A program made the position numbers and the translations under genes. From NCBI RefSeq assembly GCF_009914755.1, contig NC_060942.1: DNA of 64,000 bases. The stretch is one strand, 5' to 3'. How positions within the stretch are numbered: position 1 is the first letter of the stretch; every line of letters starts with the position of its first letter. The notes under the pieces were generated by a model. That model searched no databases. It was given only the letters and a program-made list of their open reading frames with translations, and was not told the origin of the DNA. Of this stretch, positions 1-25,949 are shown piece by piece. This stretch comes from the human T2T-CHM13v2.0 reference genome, Homo sapiens.

Positions 1-1873
1 ATTCCAGGAATCTACACGTGATAAAACTGCACAGAACTTACACACACACACAAATGAGTGCATGTAAAACTGGTGAAACCTGGATGGACTGTATTGTTTC
101 AGGTTCCCAGGTGTGATATTGGACTGTAGTTATGCAAGATGTTACCACTGGGGGAAACTAGGTGAGGGGTATACTCGATCTTTCTGTATTATTTCTCAAC
201 TGCATCCAAATCTACAATTTTCAAAATCAAAAGTTTTTAAAAAATTAAAGGCATCAAAGCAAGGTGTACAACTGGAAAATACTGTCTTCAAAACTCATGG
301 TAACATTAGAGAATTATTCTCTGTAGCTCAGTGATTCTCAATCAGAGATTTGGAGGCAGGGGAAGGGCACCTAAGTATCAGAATTACTGCCCACACCCGC
401 TATTCCCTGAACGCACACCCACACTGGAACTGCCACCGTGATGAGCCACCTGTTTCAGAGGAAGTGGGTTAAATCTTCAAGTGTGCTGCAACTGAAGAAA
501 ATGGAAAACCACTCTTCTAGCTACTTGTCTTTAAGAACACTTCTAACTGGTAGTAAAGAAAAAAGCATTAAGAGAAACATAGTATTTAATAGTAATTTAT
601 AACAAACATGAAAGATTTTCAGAGACTGCTTCTCATTTGATTTGCCCAAAATCAGCCAATACACCCTTCTTGGAAATGTATTTGGTCAACATAAGAAAAA
701 CATTCTATTCATGTAAGAATAAAAATAAGGATTTTTTTCCAGTAACTGATGGATTTTTCAGTGGTACATCCAGACCCTAAATATCTTATCTATAACCAAT
801 GACTACAATGTATATAAAGGTATACAGTCTGTGTCCTTGAACAGTGAAATGGTTCAACCTACACAGGAGATCTTAGCAGGCAGCACCATACCCTAGTCAA
901 CAGGCGAACAATCAGTAACAAGCAAAAACCAGAATGTGATCAATCTGATACTGTTTTTCAAGTCCCTACCAACAGGGAGCCCTAAAGAGAAAACCTATGT
1001 TTAGCCCACTAAAGTCAAACATAGGGAAACATGCTGAAGCACGAAGGAGGCCCAATTTAATATCTGAATAAGCTGCATGAATCAGAACAAAAAATAAAAT
1101 CACCGCATGATGATGAATACACCAAAGAACTCTAGTATTATAATTGTTCACACAATTGTGTGCGTCTGTGTGTGTATACATCATAATCTAAATGTCCAAC
1201 AACAGGGAACTTATGCAAAAGAGTGGTATATCCAAAGCCACTGTCAAAGCAATTAAAAATTGTGTTTATAATAAAAAAAAGTTTACAATGTACTGCTAAG
1301 AAAAGAGCTACAAATGAGTACGTGGCAAGATTCTAATTTTCCGTTTAAAATACATGTTTATTTTTAAAAACTCCAAAGAATATAAACCCAAGTTATTATT
1401 TATTTTTAAATAAGTTTGTTCCTTATACTCTTCTCTGTTTTCTAAGTTTTCTACAGCGAGTACATACTACTCTTATAACTTGGGGAAGGAAAAAAACCAA
1501 ACTACACCAATAACTATTTTAAGCAAAACTTACAAAGGCGATGGAATGATATGAAAAGGAAATACATATGGATATTATATAGACATCTATAATTACAATT
1601 ATTTTAAAGAAAGGAAAACTGTGCATAAGAAAAACAGGTTGTGGGAAATACACCAAAATAATGGTGCCTATGTTTGAAGGATGAAATAATTATGGGTAAT
1701 TATTTTTCCTTCCACTATTCTACACCTTTAAATTCTTAAAGAACGTGTCTTACGTAAATAGGAAAAAAATTACTGTATTTATCAACACTGACCCCAAGCC
1801 CTCCTTTTCACTACATCCTGCCTCCTAAAACAAACCAAAAAATACACATGCACACAAACCCACAAGTACTTAC

Positions 1874-1964
1874 ATGGGCTTACATCTCTGTATCTGTTTC
1901 GATTTCTGTTTTCTGGAAACTTGGCCACTCTATGAGGATAGTCATGGGACTCATTTCGAATTTC
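1874..1964 (-). CDS. PTPN2: PTPN2 coding exon 2 (91 nt); the gene continues beyond the window start
   Basis: Encodes EIRNESHDYPHRVAKFPENRNRNRYRDVSP plus 1 nt, including the PTP NRYRDV motif. Acceptor ttttaag (1965-1971) and donor GTAAGT (1868-1873). In frame with exon 1. Confidence 0.98.
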
Positions 1965-2581
1965 CTTAAAATAACAAAAATATATTTTAATATCCCTCTT
2001 AAATTCTCCACAGCAAAACTTATCTTCCCAGCCAGCGTAAAATAACATGAAGCACTTATGATATGCCAAGTACTATGGAAAGCACATTGTTTACATCAAT
2101 TAATCATTTAATCCTCACAATACTAATGGAAACGATTTTCTTCCCCATTATATCTGTGAGGGATGAAAGGCTTTCAAAGGTTAAAAATCCACCAAAGATC
2201 CCATAGCTAGTAAGTGGCAGTCCCAGCATTGAACCAAGGTCCTTCAGATGCCAAAGTCTGTGCTCTAGATCTGTTTACTTACTGCTAATTAGGCTCTATT
2301 CAACACCTACAAGCAAGCATCAAACACTTTATGAAGCAGAATTAATGCAATGGAGGTATCTATGGTCAGCCACATCATATTCAAATTCTGACTAAAACTC
2401 ACAGCATCTACCTAAATTTTGGAGTTTCTACCTGAAAATATTTATTTCTTCATGTTCACGCTATTTAACTGTTACTTTATTTTGAACCCAGAAATATCCT
2501 CAAATTTTATTTCTATCACGTTTGTCATTACTTCTCCTTAAAAAAAAAATTATTTCTAGAGCCATAAATGTTCAGCAACAA

Positions 2582-3462
<881 letters not shown>

Positions 3463-4498
3463 CTAGGCGCCTTCGGGTTCTCTGCATTTCAACATAGAAG
3501 ACATTCTGTAAAGGCTATGTCCGCACTAAGCTCTCACTACTGATGTATCCAGAATGGCCAGGTTTGATCTCCCAGGAAACAGTGTTCTAAGAATTCAAGT
3601 AAATACAGAAATGTAACAGAAACCAAAAAAAAAGCATTTTAATAGCAAAAATTAAATTATGCTTTTGCTCACATTATTACATGTAAGAAAAAGCATTTTA
3701 AAAGTTAGGTGCCATTTTGTTTATTTGTTTTTATAGACATAGGGTCTCACTTTTTGCCCAGGCTGTTCTCGAACACCTGGGCTCAAGTCATCTACCTGCC
3801 TCAGCCTCCCAAAGTGCTAGGATTACAGGTTTGAGCCAACACCATCAGCCGAGTATCTGAAGTTTTTATTTATGAAACATGATGCACAAATTTCTAATAC
3901 GAAACTTCTCCATTTTTCTGGAAGTGAATGGACTGGTAAGTACTTTTGCAAGATATAAGACACTGTTATTAGCCTGCACGTGGAAGAGAAATTTAATTTT
4001 ATCCCTTCCAAATGGAAAGTTAATTGACTTAATACCATTTATTGGTTTCTGCATTTATCAGTAACACCTGCTCTATCATAAACCAAGTTTCAGCACACGC
4101 AGGAGTCTGTTTCTAGATCCTCATTCTACTTCACAGAAGCATTTGCTTGCCCTTGAGACAGTATCAAATTTTAGTTACTACAGCTTTGTAATCAATGCAT
4201 CTGGAAGGCAAGTTGTCCCCTATTTATTCTCCCCATTTGCATTGCCGTTCATGATATTTTAATTAATTTTGTAGTTTTCTTCATAAAGGTATGCTAAAGG
4301 TTAGCATAAATGTATAATAAAGGTTTATTCTTAGATACCTGATAAGTTTTGTCGCTACTGTAAATGGGATTAAAACAACAACAACAACAAAAACCTATTG
4401 ACCATTACTAGTGTATAGGAAAGATATAGATTTGCAGGGAGGGGAGGCTTAAAACAACAGGCAGAGCAGGACTCCCTCCACTTCTTCCACTTCTGTGA

Positions 4499-5324
<826 letters not shown>

Positions 5325-6214
5325 TGACAAAGAGGACTGGCTCCAGGTACCTTTGTCCTCACTGCTGCCTGCCTGGAACATAGGTTTTGCTGCCGGGGGT
5401 GAGGGGTGGGAACAGGCAGGAGCCATCCTGTGACAGCAAGGTAAAATGCACATTCCTAAGAAAGGTAAGCAGAAATACCAGCATTGAGTCATGGGTGACA
5501 TCAAGAAGCCACAGTAACAGCCCTTAAGTCTCTCTCCAGAATTCATATCACATGAGAAACATAAACTCCTGGTTGTTAAATCAGCTATTGATTAATTTTC
5601 TTTCCCATGTAGCTAAATCAGGTCGGTAACTAATATACGCAGCAAAACCAAATCTCACCAGCAACTAGATCTGACACTGATGAGGCATTTTCAGGAATAC
5701 CCAAGACACAAAAATAAACAATTTTATAAGCACATTGCATAAGCAATAAAATATACAGTATCTGTCTAAATGGCATTAGGAAAGCAGACAGCTGAGCTAT
5801 TCACTAGGTCTATCACATAAGGCAAAGCCAGCTCTACTTGTGTTCTGGAGCTAAAACTTTCCCCTTCTATCACAGATTCCGAATGTTTCCTCTGGGCACA
5901 GTGGCTCACACCTGCAATCCTGGTGCTTTGGGAGGCCCAGCTGGAAGGATCACTTGAGGGTAGGAGTTTGAGACCAGCCTGGGCAACACAGTAAGACACC
6001 AGCTCTGCCAAAAAATTTTTTTAATTAGCTGGGGATGGTGGTGTGCATGTGTAGTTCCAGCTTCTTGGGAGGCAGAGACAGGAGGATTGCTTGAACTCAG
6101 CAGTTCAAGACTGCAGTGAGCTAGCATCCTGCTACTGCACTCTAGCCTGGGCAACAGAGTAAGGCCCTGTTAAAAAAAAAAAAAGTTTCCCATCAGCAGT
6201 GAAACCTGTTAATC

Positions 6215-6470
6215 CAAGGTTTCTCAGCCTCAGCACTACTGACATTTTAGGCTAGCTAATTTTTTTTTTGGGGGGGGGGGCAAGTGGGGACTGTCTTGTG
6301 TATTGCAGGATGTTTAGCAGCAGCATCCCTGGCCTCTACCCATTAGATGTCAGTGGCACCCCTCCCTGCATCTGTAACAACCAAAACTCTCTCCAGGCAT
6401 TGCCAAATGTCCTTCCACAGCAAAATCCATCATGAACATATCCCCCACCAACACAGTAGAGAACCACCGT
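6215..6470. mobile_element. MER20 (hAT) element
   Basis: ggtttctcagcctcagcactactgacatttt...gcaggatgtttagcagc...attgccaaatgtcc. Confidence 0.85.
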
Positions 6471-7131
6471 TCTCATTTAATACCAAACTAGATCTAAATG
6501 GCACGGATCTTTGCTTTAAAGTATAATTTAACCAAAAATTTTAAATCTAATTATTTTTAATATGATTTTTGCTCAAAAAAAGCAAGGAATAATTGAGTCA
6601 CTAGTTAATTTCTTTCTTAGTGGCAATGATCCAAAATGTAGGCAACTCATAGCACAAAGATATCTTTCACAGTTACTTATAATGTTGAAAGGCTTTAAAT
6701 AAACTAAATGTCTAATGACAAAGAAAAGACTGGTTGAATAAATCGTGGTACATCCAAGTGAATATCATGCAGCTCTTTTAAAAACAGGCCCTCATACCAA
6801 ATTGGCAGTAGCATAAACTCACAATCTCTTGGAAAGATAATATATGACATAAACAAAGGAAAAACAAATCAGTAAATGGAACTGAGCTATTATTAATACA
6901 CGCTATTTGGTAAAAAAAAAAAAAAAAATTCCACTTAGCTCCTTAGCTGTATTTGAAACTTAAACACACATGTGCATTGCCTACATTAAGACCACACACC
7001 ACCTTTTTCCAAAGTAGTCTAATTTTTGGAACATTATGAAATGGTCCATTCTGATCAATGGCCTTATAGCTTATCTCCATGCCCAAAGATTTTAAATTGT
7101 AAACATACCTACTTTCCTTTTTTTTTTTTGA

Positions 7132-7293
<162 letters not shown>

Positions 7294-8404
7294 TAGTAGA
7301 GACGGGGTTTCACCGTGTTAGCCAGGATGGTCTCGATCTCCTGACCTCGTGATCTGCCCGCCTCAGCCTCCCAAAGTGCTGGGATTACACGCATAAGCCA
7401 CCGCGCCTGGCCTGAACATACCTACTTTCAATGTGTTTACTTTCTCCTATTATTTCACCTCCTAATATTTTCACATAATAACATTTAATCCCTCTTGAAA
7501 TTTGCTTTGAGATATATATGCATGGCTTAAAATAAGGAACTAAATTGATTCTACTATAGAAATAATTTTGCTGGGTTCAAATAATGCTGGGTTGAAATGT
7601 AAGAGTAAGATTTTTTATATTCATCTAGCTACTCTTCATTTCATAAGCAGTAACTGTGCCTAAATGGTACTGTTTAAATACAGGGACTCTCAAGTCTCAG
7701 GACTTCTGCTTAAGAAATTCCAAAAGTATACTTCACATAAAGTCATCATTATACTTTGTTTTTCATTGCAACAAGCCTTTCAAGAGAATCACAGAATTCA
7801 GAAGGATATCTTTAAGCAGACATTCATAGAATCCTCAAACTAACTTGGTGTTATAGGATGGTCTTGAAAGAAACTGAGGCCAGGCGCTGTGAGTCATGCC
7901 TGCAATCCCAATACTTTGGGAGGCTGAGGTGGGAGAATCACTTGAGACCAGTCTGGGCAACACAGACAGACCCCCATCTCTATTAAAAAATTTTAAAATT
8001 AGCAAGGCATGGTGGTACACATCTGTGGTCCCAGCTACTTGGGAGGCAGAAGTGGGAGGATCACTTGAGCTCAGGAGGTCAAAGCTGCAGTAAGCCGTGA
8101 TCACGCCACTGCATGCCAGCCTGGACAACAGAGCAAGACTCTGTCTTTATTAAAAAAAAAAAAAAAAGAGAGAGGCGGGGCACAGTGGCTCATGCCTGTA
8201 ATCCTAGCACTTTGGAAGGCTGAGGTGGGTGGATCGCCTGAGGTCAAGAGTTTGAGACCAGCCTGGTCAACACGGTGAAACCCTGCTGAGGTGGGCAGAT
8301 TGCCTGAGCTCAGGAGTTTGAGACCAGCCTGGGCAACATGGTGAAACCCTGTCTCTACTAAAATAAAAAGAGTGAGCTGGGCAAAAAGAGTGAGCTGGGC
8401 GTCA

Positions 8405-9450
<1,046 letters not shown>

Positions 9451-9508
9451 GCCGGGCGTGGTGGCTCATGCCTGTAATCCCAGCACTTTGGGAGGCCGAG
9501 GCAAATCA

Positions 9509-9793
<285 letters not shown>

Positions 9794-9851
9794 TCATTTG
9801 AGGCCAGGAGTTCAAGACCAGCCTGGGCAACATGGTGAAACCACGTATCTA

Positions 9852-10091
<240 letters not shown>

Positions 10092-11144
10092 TTAAGGGCA
10101 TATTTTGCCAATATTTCTCAAGAAAGACTGAAAGTGAGGTTTTGCCTCACACTCAACAGTATCAGTACTTTTTTTTTTGTCCTCAGATGTTGTCAAGATT
10201 TTTCTGTATTGCTTACTCTTTCAGATGTACCTCAAATTTAAACTTTCTTTTGGCTGACTTCAAAAAAAATACATTATAGATATGTGCCAAGTCTTCATCG
10301 GAACTGGGTTAGCTTCTCCATTTGAGTCTTCCTTGTCGCTTAATAGAGTTTCGCTTCAGTCTCCTCTGTTCCCTTTCAGGAATTTCTATCACAGACTTGG
10401 GGAAGTGCTCTCTCCTAACGCTCATTTCGCACACCTCTTTCCTGAGTTCTGAGAGATTTTTCTCAAGCCACCTCAGTGTTCTGCATTATCTACTCTGCTA
10501 CTTGGTACTGAACATTCTATTTTAACAATTGTGTGTTATAACTTTAAAAACTCTTTACTGTTCTCAGTTTCTTTTCTTTTCTCCACCTGCTCTTGTATTT
10601 GGACACCTGAATTACAGCTGCCTCTACCTCATACTATTTTGCATGCCCTCAATGATCTTGGGGTGAATTTTTCGTTTGTCTAACAACATATGTTTGGTCA
10701 TCTTTACAGAAAGTGAATACACACATCAGTTCTTAACCCACACCTGTGTGGCCGCTTACACTGTTCACTATCAACTCCTTAAGTCTCAAATATGTGGGAA
10801 AGACCTTTCTCTAGTGTGAAGTAATCACAAAGGCTTGTTCTTACCACTGCGCTTTGGTCACTTCAATGATAAATCAGAAAACAACAACAAAAGCTTCCAG
10901 TGCATGGGATTACAAGACCTTAATAGTCCTGGGAAATTACACTTATTTGTCATAGTTGTTGTTTTTTGTTTTTTGTTTTTTTTTGAGATTGAGTCTCACT
11001 CTGTCTGGACTGACTGGAGAGACTGGAGTGAAGTGGCGCCATCTCAGCTCACTGTAACCTCCGCCTCCCGGGTTCAAGTGAATTCTCCTGCCTCAGCCTC
11101 CCAAGTGACTGGGATAACAGGTGCACATCACCATGCCTGGCTAA

Positions 11145-11282
<138 letters not shown>

Positions 11283-11589
11283 TAGTTTTCTACTGCCTTT
11301 CTTGCTGTCAATTTTTACCTCTATTTACACAATTATGCCTAACAACTCTTTCTTTTTAAAAACTTCAAACTTCAGGCCGGGCGTGGTGGCTCACGTTTGT
11401 AATTCCAGCACTTTGGGAGGCTGAGGCGGGCGGATCACGAGTTCAGGGAGATTGAGACCAGGTGATCTGCCCGCTTCAGCCTCCCCAAGTGCTGGGATTA
11501 CAGGCGTGAGCTACCACACCCAGCTCCTGATTTGTTTTAACAAGTGAAGCTATAAAACAAAGGCTCATATTCTGAATTTTAAAGTTTTA

Positions 11590-11868
<279 letters not shown>

Positions 11869-11888
11869 TCAAAAAAATAAACAAGTAA

Positions 11889-12164
<276 letters not shown>

Positions 12165-12981
12165 TGAGCCATGGCGCCTGGTTTTGAAGTTTTTATTTTA
12201 AAAATCTATATTACTGCAACTTAATTTCCATCATTATCGGGGTGAAATAGTTATAATATTTTATTAAATAATGTCAAATAATATTTTTAGTATTTCGTAC
12301 ATAGCTTTGTTCTATGTATGGCATACAGAAAACATTACATCGTTAGACCAAATTCTCCCTCGAACTGCTACGATGTAGTAGCAAATAAGAACTTAGGAAA
12401 TTGAAAAAGAATAATCTTCTGTTAAATTTTAATTTTATAAGGTAGGACCTTAAGATAATCCCAAATTGATAATGAGTTTCTCCTTATGGGCTAACATACC
12501 TAAGTTTCTTTCTTTATACTTTAGGTCTCTAAGTGAATCCTAAATTATATGATGAAAAGTGTTCCCTTTGTTAGTCAGATGTTTGTGCATATACTCTCTA
12601 CAAAGATGCTCAGAAAAGGACACAGTGAAGTATGAAGAATCTTGCATACTTTGAAACACCATTACTTTAGGATGGTAAAATAACCACTTACTTATAGCCC
12701 TTAATATGCCTGCCACTGGCTGGGGAGAGAAGATCCCTGGTGGAGTAAGTTCTTTTCTTCACTACATTTTTTTTTCTTTGAGAAGCTCTCTTTGAGGAAG
12801 AGAGTTTAGAGACTAAAACAGCTCACTGTCACTGAACCCTACTGTGTGTCAGGCATGTGCTATGTGCTTTTATGTGTGTTATCTAAGAGGTGGTTACAAA
12901 TGAGAAAACAGACTCAACTTCCAAGATTTATACTGCAGTTAGGTAGCAGATACAGATAGGAATCCAGTACTTAACTTTAGC

Positions 12982-13364
<383 letters not shown>

Positions 13365-13499
13365 TAGTAGAGACGGGGTTTCACCGTGTTAGCCAGGATG
13401 GTCTCGATCTCCTGACCTCATGATCCGCCCACCTCAGCCTCCCAAAGTGCTGAGATTACAGGAGTGAGCCACCGCGCCCGGCAGCACATACATATTTTT

Positions 13500-14420
13500 T
13501 TACTTATATTTACATATATTTATATACATATGCTCCCTATGTATACATGGATTACATGGACTTGGCAAAAATTAAACCGTACAAAAGGGTATATAGTGAA
13601 AAAGTTAAGTCACATTCTCCTCTCCCTCAATCCTTTCCCTTAGGTGATAACTGTAACCAGTGCCTTGTATATTTTCCGAGACATTCTATCCATATATAAG
13701 CCAGACTGCCTGTCTGTCTTCCTCCATCCAAGTATCCATCCCACCCTCACAAAACAGATATTAGCATACTGTTTTGCACTTTGATTTTTCACTTAGTATA
13801 TATTAAAAGTACTTCCATATAGATAATGAGTTCTTTTTAACAATTTAATAGTATTCATCACTTAGCCAGTCATCTATAATGGGACACATAGGTTATTTCT
13901 AGGTTTTAGCTGTTATAAATAATGCTGCTATGAATAACCTTTCAAAGAAGCTATATCAATGTATACTGTCACCAATAATATAAGAAAGTGCCTGAGCTTC
14001 ACCTACACAATTATATTAATGAACTTTTTCATCTTTGTCTGATAGGTGAAAAATGGTATTATTATAGTCATAATTTGAAATTGTTATTATTGTGAAGGTG
14101 AACAGCTTTACCTGTTTTTAAAAGCCATCTGTATTTCCGCTCTCTTTTTGATATGTAGTTCTTTACATATTAAGAAAGTTTAGTTTTTGTTATATATTGA
14201 AAATATTTAAAATTTTTTATCTTTTGACCTTTATGGTATTTATGTCAAAAATTTAAATTTTTATGAAATCAAACTTAAACCTTTTTTCTCTAGGTTTCTG
14301 TGACATGGCATTAAAAAATCCTTTTTCACTCTGTTGATTACAAAAAATTTTCTCCATTGTTTTCTTATATAATTTTATGGTTTCATTTCTTTTATGTTTA
14401 GATTATTGCCCAACCGGGAC
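13500..14420 (-). mobile_element. Ancient L1M 3' fragment
   Basis: ataaataatgctgctatgaata and aatggtattattatagt are antisense L1M motifs. Confidence 0.65.
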
Positions 14421-14424
14421 TTTA

Positions 14425-14721
<297 letters not shown>

Positions 14722-15559
14722 TCAAAAAAAAAACAAAAAAACAAAAACAAATAAAAAACCCACAAAAAACATAGAACAGAAGCAGTTCCCACTGTTACGA
14801 AGTTACTCCAACTTTCTAGGGCTACCCTGATTGATGTACCAGGTCCTTTACTGGGACTAGAGGGGTACAAACTCTAGGAATCCTGTAGCCTTACCTCAAA
14901 CCACAGGAAGAATTCCTAGAAGTACTATGAAGTAAACTGTAATGAGAAATTGATAGCTTTCAGACTATAAAACCGTTCAAATATAGTGAAAGAAGAAATA
15001 AAATAATTCAGTATCAGATTTTCCTTAGGGGAATGAAAGCAGTTTGAAAAAAGGTTATAAATGATCAGTGACACGAACCAAATGAAACTGACAGAGCAAA
15101 CGGCATATTAAATCAGACATACTGGATTTGAAAAGTTATTCATTGCATTCCCTTCCTCCATTCCTCTCGTTTGAAAAGTATCCAACCTTGAGCCAGTTTC
15201 TTTGTTTTGAGACAAACAGTGCTGGGATTACAGGTGTAAGCCACCAGCCCGGCCCCTGAAATCAGTTTCTTGACCACAATTTCTTATCCTAGGGATCACC
15301 AGGTGGGCCTATGAACCTACTAAAACCACATGCTAAGTTTGCGGGGGATTGTATTTGTGCGGACATTTCCTCTCATAAACATGTTTCATCTTAAAGGTGT
15401 CTAAAGGTATCTATGATCTTTAAAAGCAAGGATTTCACTGTTAAGTCAAAACAACTTCTTGAACCATTAGTAGTACTGTACCGTACATAGAACATTAAAT
15501 CGGCACAACATTTAAATACATTTAAAATGGCATTACATTCATTCTTAAAAGCTATTTCA

Positions 15560-17998
<2,439 letters not shown>

Positions 17999-18604
17999 GC
18001 ATAGAACAGAAAAGTTTAGTTTTCTTCTACTCAGGAAAGTGAGAGCTTATATTCTTTAAAGTTAGCCTGTGGAAATGTATCTCTTCCTCAGTTATCAGCT
18101 GCTATGTCTTAAATTTTACATGCTAAACTGATTGAGGATTTAGTATATGGCTAATCACTCTTATCCAAAGTAAGGGTGGTATTATTAAAAGTTCAGTTTA
18201 TTAGTTGGTTTAAATATCCTCTGACTCTCAACAGCTTTCCATTAAGAAAAAACTACCTTAATGGGGCATTAAGTTAAGGAATAGAGAGTAGAGAATCTAG
18301 ATGAGGATTTCCAAGGGAAACAAATCATACGTAACGTTTATTCAAGAAAGTGAAGAGCACACTATGTTAATTTTAATTTCGCGTACCCAGACCTTATCTG
18401 TCCATCTCTCTGGTTTATCTGGACTATTTGGAGACCAAAGGGAAGAAGGGGAGTAGAGAGTGGACAGGTAAGAGGACAAAGACAAGGTAGCTAAAAGAAC
18501 AGCAGGGCACTGAGAGAGCTGTAACAGTTCTCCAACTGGGAATCAGAAATTCTCTGCAGAGTAACTATCTGGAAAAAGTAAAAAGGGCTTTTAAGATTCT
18601 GGTT

Positions 18605-21980
<3,376 letters not shown>

Positions 21981-21989
21981 AGCACTCTT

Positions 21990-24650
<2,661 letters not shown>

Positions 24651-25949
24651 ATGAGGCCCCAAAAGAATAAGCCCTAGAGTGAGCACCTCGAGGGTAGGAA
24701 ACTTGCCAGGAGCATTCTCTGCTGAATCCCCAAGGCCAGGAGCAAAAGCTGCAACTCCACTGGGGGTCCGGGCATATTTGTGGAATGGCTGAATGGATGT
24801 TCTAAGGCCACAGGAGAACACATAGCTCAAACTTCCTGACTTGCTTTCCATTACTAACTTTCTTGGTTTGTGACCTACTTTTACTGTAACACCAGTGTGC
24901 ATGCCATGGTTTCTACTGACCAAACTAATGGTCTTGTTTTCAACTAGGAAAAAATAATATGAGCATTGACCAACCAAGGAAACTACAGGATTCCTCGGTA
25001 AGAATCTATAGAAGGATTTCCTTATCTTTTTGAAAATGGATGTGAAATCTCCAGTGGATGCGAGTTAAGTTCATTTTTCTGGAAAGAGGAATCACAATTC
25101 TCATTGAATTTTCAAGGATATTAATGATACCAAAGAAAATTAAATTTCTTAAACCAAAATGTTAAGCTGAATTAAGTTATATTCACTTTTCTCTTTTCAA
25201 ATCTATTTCGATATATAACCTATCCCTTAGAGAGACAGCAGCCTCTGCTAAAACAAATGTAACTGGAGAAGATGCAGCTGGCAGGCTCTCTCACATGAAG
25301 ATTCCTACCAGAATTTGCGTTTCAGATTGTCTATAATTGGAAGAGTCCTTACCAGCATTCTTTAAAACTTAGATCCCTATTCTAACATACTCTGTATCAT
25401 GGGAATCAGAATATTTATACTTCCCACTAATGTGTTCAAGAAGAAAACGTTACTTTCTGAACACATTTTTCACTGCCATCTAATTAAATGGAAAGGGGAA
25501 AAACCCAGGATCATCCATTTACAGGAAAGCCCGTCTTTTACTTTACACAGAGAGAACCAAACATCAGAAGCAGCATTAACTTAACCGTCACCAAATTCAA
25601 TCTTGGGAATAATACGACAAGGATTAAACGAAGGGGAAAGCAGTTACATCATTTTAAAAGAGATAAAGTTTTGTTTGAATTAAAAGGTAGTCTAGTTGAC
25701 ATAAAAAAAGCGAATCACAGGTGTTTATACTACATATTGCATCTATGTGAGCTGAACAGGCACGATTAGGGCGATAGGCATCGGAACACCGTGCCCCCGG
25801 GGAGGGGATGAGGGCACTTTCTCAGGGCAAGGAAAGGCTATTTTGATTTGAGGGGGCTTGCAAGAGGGGATTCATTTGTGACACCCGTCTGGGAGCACAC
25901 ATGAAAGCTGCGTTTCACTGTAGGGAAAGTATACCTCAGTAAGGAAAAC

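Noticed and set aside
1782-2069. 95-aa ORF containing the PTP motif
   Set aside because: Only 1874-1964 is exon; the rest is read-through into introns beyond canonical splice sites.
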